In this document: positions 58,917 to 64,000 of the stretch, in pieces | How positions within the stretch are numbered: the first letter of the stretch is position 1 | Layout of the letters: the number at the start of each line of letters is the position of its first letter | Origin: Pseudomonadota bacterium | Lineage (GTDB): Bacteria; Pseudomonadota; Gammaproteobacteria; Acidiferrobacterales; UBA6901 | Length of the DNA stretch: 64,000 bases | NCBI GenBank assembly: GCA_021785515.1 | Contig: JAJYEX010000002.1 | Coordinates: forward strand, 93,328-157,327 | Direction: 5' to 3' | Translations under genes and position numbers: made by a program | The notes under the pieces: model-generated | Told to the model about the DNA's origin: nothing | Seen by the model: only the letters and a program-made list of their open reading frames with translations | Databases searched by the model: none

Positions 58917-59300
58917 TCAGTACTTCTGACGCCCGATGTCTGGAACGACAATGGTGTGTCTTTGTCCCGGCTGGACGATACCGAAGTCGAAACCGGCGGT
59001 GATGCGCCGGAAATAGGGGTCGCGGGCCCGCGAGCCCGGCGGCCAGGTTGCTTCGAATCGGCGCAACCACGCAGCCTGATCGTATTGAATCGGGACAGTA
59101 TCGAACCGCAATTTGCCCGGTTCGATAGTGTAAAGGCTGTCGTCGGAAATGTCGTGCCGTGTTGAAACGCGATTCAACAGACCATAACTTGCCGCTCCGA
59201 AATTCGGCATGCCGGCGAAGCCATTGTTGAAGACGACGTGGCTCCATTCGTGGATCCGGAATGCCTGGGCAAAAGGGGTGAGCCCTTGTATGTGCAGCAA
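58917..59300 (-). CDS. hypothetical protein (possibly itself a fragment)
   Basis: 127-aa ORF with non-shadow composition. Only a TTG start is available, and a stop lies 4 codons upstream. The alternative overlapping frame (58879-59376) is Arg/Pro-rich and less plausible. No family recognised. Confidence 0.35.
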   Translation of the reverse strand: MLHIQGLTPFAQAFRIHEWSHVVFNNGFAGMPNFGAASYGLLNRVSTRHDISDDSLYTIEPGKLRFDTVPIQYDQAAWLRRFEATWPPGSRARDPYFRRITAGFDFGIVQPGQRHTIVVPDIGRQKY

Positions 59301-59439
59301 ACAGCGGCGACCTCAAAAACGATCCCGGATTCCCGACCGGCCGGTTCTCGGGGCATGGCATTTTGGATGGCCGCAACCGATGCCTTGTGCCCGCCGCATG
59401 AATGGTTGTGTGCTGGAAACACCATTAGGCAAAAAGTTC

Positions 59440-59490
59440 TTGACACCGCAATTTTCAAAAATATAGTATTCAATTGAATAATTGAATTAT
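59440..59490 (+). promoter_or_regulatory. candidate promoter and overlapping AT-rich palindromes upstream of tauE
   Basis: TTGACA (59440-59445), 16-nt spacer, TATAGT (59462-59467). The perfect 14-nt palindrome TATTCAATTGAATA (59467-59480) overlaps a second one, ATAATTGAATTAT (59478-59490). The local sequence is about 75% AT in a 65% GC genome. Confidence 0.6.
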
Positions 59491-59693
59491 AACAGCATAA
59501 ATGAATTTGCTAAAGGGTATTTTTTTGCTGTTGTCTTCGGCACCGGCAATCGGGACGCGTCTGGGTTTCTGCAGGCAGTATGAGAATGTTGGTGCAGTCA
59601 TTCTTGCGCAGGAGCGATGGCGTCGCAGCACAGGTCGATCCGTGTCGGACATCGAGTCGGCGTTCGGACTTAATGCTTAATTATGGGGAAGAT

Positions 59694-60470
59694 ATGATTC
59701 TTGATGTTCTTTTGGGCGGGGCCGCCACCGGCTTGGTGCTGGGACTTTTGGGTAGTGGCGGGGCCATTGTGACTGTGCCGGCACTGCTATACCTTATGCA
59801 TCAGCAACCGAAATCTGCCATCGCCATGGGCCTTGGGGTTGTCGCGCTTACCGCGCTTCTTGCCGCCATCCAGGCTTGGTCGCGCGGAGACGTAAATCTG
59901 CGCGTCACCGCAATATTTGGTGTGTTCGGGGCCCTCGGATCCTTCGTCGGATCGCGCATCGGATTGAAGCTCCCGGAAACAGTTCAACTCGTGCTGTTCG
60001 CGCTCGTGATGTATGCGGCTGCTTGGCGCATGATGCGGGGGGCACCGGTGCATCGGTCGGCAGGCGCCAAGGCGGTGGCCGACTGCGAGGAGGGGGACTG
60101 CAGCAATTTTCCCTATGGCCATGTCGCCCGGCATGGCTTGACCGTGGGAATCATTGCAGGGATGGTCGGGGTGGGTGGTGGTTTCCTGATTGTGCCGGCG
60201 CTCGTGATTCTGTCGGGCTTGTCGATGCGCCGCGCAGTGGGAACCTCGCTCAGCATTGTTGCCACCCAGTCCGCGTCCGGCTTTCTCGGTTATGCCGGCG
60301 CGGTGCCGATCAACTATCCGATGCTTGCCGGGCTGACAGGAGCGGCTATCGTAACAAGTTTCTTTGGTGCGCGGATCAGTCAGCGTCTCCATGCGGCGCA
60401 TCTACGGCGCATTTTTGGTGCATTTCTTGTCATGGTTGCGACGTTCATGCTGTTCAAGAACCTTACCTGA
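59694..60470 (+). CDS. TauE/SafE-family (DUF81) sulfite/anion exporter
   Basis: ATG 59694 after GGGGAAG; LGLLGSGGAIVTVPALLYL and the repeat GMVGVGGGFLIVPALVIL (duplicated 4-TM halves). The central loop carries CEEGDC and His residues. Confidence 0.82.
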   Translation: MILDVLLGGAATGLVLGLLGSGGAIVTVPALLYLMHQQPKSAIAMGLGVVALTALLAAIQAWSRGDVNLRVTAIFGVFGALGSFVGSRIGLKLPETVQLVLFALVMYAAAWRMMRGAPVHRSAGAKAVADCEEGDCSNFPYGHVARHGLTVGIIAGMVGVGGGFLIVPALVILSGLSMRRAVGTSLSIVATQSASGFLGYAGAVPINYPMLAGLTGAAIVTSFFGARISQRLHAAHLRRIFGAFLVMVATFMLFKNLT

Positions 60471-60797
60471 ACCGTGGCACCGGAAAAAATGCCGGAATGC
60501 GCAGGCTTCCAGTCGTGCGCGGCTGATTGCCGGCGCCGCGCAGGCCGCCCCTGACGTGGATGGGCGCCAGCAGCCGGAAGTGCGCGGTACAAACTTCCCC
60601 ATTTCTGCGACAAGCGGCAGGTCGTCATGGGGTTCGTTGCGGAACCAAAAGGGGTCAAAGGAACTGGGCTGTGCAATGGTGACACATTAGGCCTTAGGAA
60701 ATATGTCCGAAAATCGAATGCATTCAGTCCTGCGGAGCAAAGCATGCATACCGTATGTTTGTGGACCGCGGGCCTTAACAGACAGAGGAATCTTCCG

Positions 60798-61208
60798 ATG
60801 AGAAAAGTATCGGTGATGTGTTTCCATGACGAGCTTTGCCAGGTTTTCAATGCGCTCATGACGGCCCTCAGCCTGCTGCGCGCGGGGTCTAATGTGGTTT
60901 TGTTTTTCGGCTCCCGCGGCATTAACGCTGTCCACCGAGAGAAGATGAAGACCCTCACCTGCCTGCCGGATGAACCAAAAGAGGTCGGAGCGGCAATCAT
61001 GGCCAAAATGGACGAGATGGGCCTGCCGTTGATCGAGGATCTGTTTGTCATGCTGATCGCCGAAGGAGCGACGGTGCTTGCCTGCCCGCTCAATCTATCG
61101 CTATTCGGCATGACATCCCGGGATTTGGTAGACGGCGTGACAGTGGCTGATCCGGCCAAGTACTACACTGATATCGTGATTGCGGCAGACATGAACCTTA
61201 CGTTCTGA
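60798..61208 (+). CDS. DsrE/DsrF-like family protein (DrsE_2 type)
   Basis: ATG 60798 after AGAGGA; 136 aa; KVSVMCFHDELCQVFNALMTALSLLRAGSNVVLFF..RGI, ..GATVLACPLNLSLFG pattern of DsrE-like sulfur-relay/peroxiredoxin-annotated proteins. Confidence 0.7.
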   Translation: MRKVSVMCFHDELCQVFNALMTALSLLRAGSNVVLFFGSRGINAVHREKMKTLTCLPDEPKEVGAAIMAKMDEMGLPLIEDLFVMLIAEGATVLACPLNLSLFGMTSRDLVDGVTVADPAKYYTDIVIAADMNLTF

Positions 61209-61359
61209 TCCGATATAGCGGACAGCTGCCGATTGACCCATTGTATAGTCAGGGAACCGAAACAGCAGCTGCTATGACGATCGTTCGCAAGGCAATGCGG
61301 CCGGCCTGGCCATGCACACAACCGCGGTACTGGTGAGCTGGGCGGTTTTTGAGTATCAC

Positions 61360-61900
61360 TGATTGTCTCAAATTTTTTTCTGAAAAGCATATGGATGACG
61401 TGGATGTCGACCTTCGGTTCCAGGAGATGGGTAGCGAGGCGGCGGAGCGTATGCATCGAGACCCGCTTCTCGATTCCCGCCACGGCCGCCGTGGCGTGTG
61501 CGGTGCGATTGAGCTGGCCGGGTGCTGAGCGACTCGATCGGGTTCTGTCCCGGGAAAAGCCACCCGCCATCGAGGATCATTCCCTCGGCGCGGGCGATGC
61601 GCTACCGCAGGCTCAACCGTTCATGCAGCACTGACGCTAGCATAGCATAGTGGTTTTTGCGCCCCTTACCGTATCCGATGCGCAGCGCCATCGTGGGTGG
61701 TGGCTTTCGCCGCGCCCAGGGAGAAGGCGTGCGGGCGCGCACCTCCGCATGACAGGCTTGGTCAGAACTGAGGGCGGGCTGGCGGGGCAGCGTGCATGTG
61801 CGCAGTGGCGCGCGGCAGGGTAGCCTGGAGGAATTAGGGCAAGCGACCAGCCTGCCTTGATTGAAACCCGGCTAATCGGCAGGATATCCATCAAAATCCC
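61360..61900 (-). pseudogene. tyrosine recombinase (XerC/D-like, of the kind found beside IS91-type elements), multiply frameshifted
   Basis: Three reverse-strand frames read successively ..MALRIGYGKGRKNHYAMLASVLHERLSLR-stop, ..ILDGGWLFPGQNPIESLSTRPAQ.., and ..AAVAGIEKRVSMHTLRRLATHLLEPKVDIHVIHMLF. This follows the order of the family motifs QGKG.KDR..MLS / WLFPG / AGI.K.V..HTLRHSFATHLLE.G.DIR.IQ.LLGH. Limits are approximate. Confidence 0.6.
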
Positions 61901-62545
61901 GATTCCAATTCATTCAGCCAAAGAAGGGGTGCACGATCCGCCGGTGATGCGCGAACCGCGCCGGAACGAAGACTCCCTGCCTGGTCGGAAGGATCTCATG
62001 TGTATATATAGTAAGTATGGCCGTCCGGCGGTTGGTCCGGTCCGTGCCCGTTGAGGGCGGGTAATCCCGTTCTGCGCGGAAACGGGCGGCGCATCGATGA
62101 ATCCTGGGCTTCCCGGGTGGATTGCCTCCTTGGATGATGACTTCGGCCATCGGGCACCAGCGGTGTGGACGTGGTTCCAGTCCAAAGGCCAGCGCCCGGT
62201 CCAAAACCCACCTTTTTTCAGGTGATGCGGATTCCATGCACCGACTGAGCGTGCATGGGGGCTGAGTGCCGCGTGGTGGCGGATCCGCGATGGCATCATG
62301 AGACGGCCGCGGCCGGACCGTTGCATGCCGTGATTCGGCTCGAGGACCTCACGCCCAACGCCGCGGTTTGAGATCGTCGAAAAAGGCCGACTGTGGAGTT
62401 TCGATGGCGACGGGGGGCGTTCTTCCGCCTTGTCTCTGAGGTACAGTTTTATCCGACAGCGATGCAAAGAGGAGATGGCGGCACGCTGGACGTATTCATC
62501 AGTTGCTCGGTCAAGAATGAACAACCGGCCCAGTTGGCAAGGCTG

Positions 62546-63196
62546 CTATTTCTCAGCCTGAATGTCCCCCGACACTACCAGGAATGCGCCCCACGGCCAA
62601 CTTACCGGCAGCAACCGCTCCAGAGCGTGAACAAACGTATTGTTGCCCGTAAAGGCAACGACGGTTTGTGTCCGAATGTTAACCACCGGTAGCTCATTGA
62701 AAAGCCGTACCGCTTCGTTTGCCGTGTGCCAGTGTGCGCCTCGATAGGCGCCCGTCCCTCCGTCTCGACCCTTTGCGAGGAAAAGCGGGCTGCGACGGTT
62801 GAGCAGGCCGAGTACCACGCGCCGGCGTGTGACGCGGATCATTTCCAGAACCGCTTGGCGCTGCTGTGCCACGAAACACAGAGCCGCAACCGAAATAGAC
62901 AGATCAACGCTCTTGTCGGCGAACGGTAAGCAGATCGCATCGCCGGCGACATAGGCTTCTTTGTGGGTCTGTCGGCTGGCGGCGAAACGTAGCCACGCTA
63001 CGTCGCTATCAAGGCCAATCACGACGCGATTCCTTTCGGCAAACCGCCGGGTGAACTGTCCGGTGCCACAACCGACGTCTAGTATCGAATCTGCAGGTCG
63101 CGGATCGAGATGTTGCCTGAGTGCTTGGTATTCGGCTAGCGCGATCCGTCGACCCTTGGCGGTCTCGTACCACGCTTCGTAGTCTTCGGCCTTCAT
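62546..63196 (-). CDS. class I SAM-dependent methyltransferase
   Basis: ILDVGCGTGQFTRRFAE (motif I), VIGLDSD, GDAICLPFADKSVDL, Methyltransf_11-like; 216 aa. Confidence 0.82.
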   Translation of the reverse strand: MKAEDYEAWYETAKGRRIALAEYQALRQHLDPRPADSILDVGCGTGQFTRRFAERNRVVIGLDSDVAWLRFAASRQTHKEAYVAGDAICLPFADKSVDLSISVAALCFVAQQRQAVLEMIRVTRRRVVLGLLNRRSPLFLAKGRDGGTGAYRGAHWHTANEAVRLFNELPVVNIRTQTVVAFTGNNTFVHALERLLPVSWPWGAFLVVSGDIQAEK

Positions 63197-63513
63197 TCGT
63201 GTTCAGCCAGATAGCTTGGGTGTAACGGCGCGCGTCCATGCCGAATTGTGTCAATCGCACGCGAGCACCGCGCCGACCTAGCCGCACGTGCGTGGTTGAA
63301 ACGGGCTGGCCGGGCCTGCATGGCGACGAGCAGCCACAGGTTCGCGCCGAGCAACGTCGCGGCTACAACGCGAAGTTGATACGAAAGCCGGCTGCGACCG
63401 AGCCAAGCCGAAATTTCCGGCGAGCGCTTGCTGCAGTCTTCACTCTCACTCGTTATTCTTCCGGTGTTTCCGCTTCGTAGTTGTGGCGCATAACGCCGGG
63501 GCATGATGCGCAA
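63193..63513 (-). CDS. possible small membrane protein (very tentative)
   Basis: Its stop overlaps the methyltransferase ATG (ATGA), and it has one hydrophobic segment VVAATLLGANLWLLVAM. However, its composition is Arg-rich and it overlaps the upstream gene end by about 60 nt. Confidence 0.25.
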   Translation of the reverse strand: MRIMPRRYAPQLRSGNTGRITSESEDCSKRSPEISAWLGRSRLSYQLRVVAATLLGANLWLLVAMQARPARFNHARAARSARCSRAIDTIRHGRAPLHPSYLAEHE

Positions 63514-64000
63514 TTCGGTCGTTCTTCGAGGCCGACGGATAACAGATCAGTATCGTCCGGTCTGCGCTCAAGTGGCTGGCTCCGCTTGCGCGTGATGAGA
63601 CGCGCCACTTCGCTTCCTGCGCGATAAACCCGCAGTTCCCCTGGGTTAAAGTGTGACCACGGCTCATCCGTAAGCGGCTCGCTGGCGATTACCGCGATCT
63701 GTGACGCCCTGCCGTCACAGCAGGCAGGCGATGGATGGGCCAGGCTGCACAGCCGGTCATGACCGTAGGCGATGAGGTGTAGGCCGTCGGACATCAGGAA
63801 ATTAAGGCGTCCGCGCGAAGAAAGCGTCTCGACGACGTTGGCAAGCGCGTCGAGCCACCATCCGTCTTTCATCGCCTGCGGCGCGGAGAAGGCCGCGGCG
63901 ATGCGCTCAAGCACGATGCAGAAGACATGCTCGGAATCGGTGTCTCCGCTCGGCACGCACATCGGCGTTGCATCCCCCGCGGCGGATAGCGCGTCATAAG
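63453..64000 (-). CDS. class II (Ntn) glutamine amidotransferase-like protein, 5' end outside window
   Basis: Frame open to the window edge; ..SGDTDSEHVFCIVL.., NFLMSDG..L.AY, IASEPLT motifs of the YafJ/EgtC-like GATase-2 group. The ATG at 63962 is internal. Confidence 0.7.
   Translation of the reverse strand, partial: YDALSAAGDATPMCVPSGDTDSEHVFCIVLERIAAAFSAPQAMKDGWWLDALANVVETLSSRGRLNFLMSDGLHLIAYGHDRLCSLAHPSPACCDGRASQIAVIASEPLTDEPWSHFNPGELRVYRAGSEVARLITRKRSQPLERRPDDTDLLSVGLEERPNCASCPGVMRHNYEAETPEE

Noticed and set aside
61910-62524. 204-aa minus-strand ORF (and the overlapping 62393-62692 plus-strand ORF)
   Set aside because: Arg/Pro/Ser/Gly-rich sequence with no motifs. The plus-strand ORF runs into the methyltransferase gene. 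The region is left unannotated as probable degraded DNA.

Overview
High-GC (about 65%) gammaproteobacterial chromosome, read by eye from the sequence and ORF track; all homology calls are motif recognition, not database searches. The left 42 kb is conserved core. It holds pcnB-folK-dNK-panBCD and a complete glycogen cluster built on GH57 enzymes (glk, GH57 branching enzyme, DUF4912/Rho_N protein, glgA, glgC, second GH57, malQ, glgP). It continues with tRNA-Leu, queA-tgt-yajC-secDF, glyA, nrdR-ribD-ribE, ribB(X)-ribH-nusB-thiL, pncC, and recA-recX-alaS-lysC-csrA-tRNA-Ser-tRNA-Arg. The main oddity in the core is a 3.8 kb antisense cassette between ribE and ribB. It encodes two paralogous membrane Ser/Thr kinases flanking a lipoprotein, and I cannot assign it to a described system. 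From tRNA-Arg(ACG) at 41.9 kb to at least 61.9 kb the window is a decayed mosaic of accessory DNA. It contains three direct copies of the tRNA-Arg 3' end (tandem island att scars), three tyrosine-recombinase pseudogenes, and remnants of IS256-like, IS3/IS407-like and rve-type IS elements. One terminal IS sequence recurs at many junctions. There are also three toxin-antitoxin pairs (vapBC and two unrelated higBA types), each with a palindromic operator. The cargo includes an MBL hydrolase/LysR pair. It also includes a cusCBAF copper-efflux operon extended by a Cys/His-rich membrane protein, a small secreted protein and a diheme cytochrome c4 with a Met-rich insert. A truncated PLP-enzyme gene and a tauE-dsrE-like sulfur module with an AT-rich palindromic control region follow. 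No rRNA, CRISPR array or recognisable riboswitch was seen.
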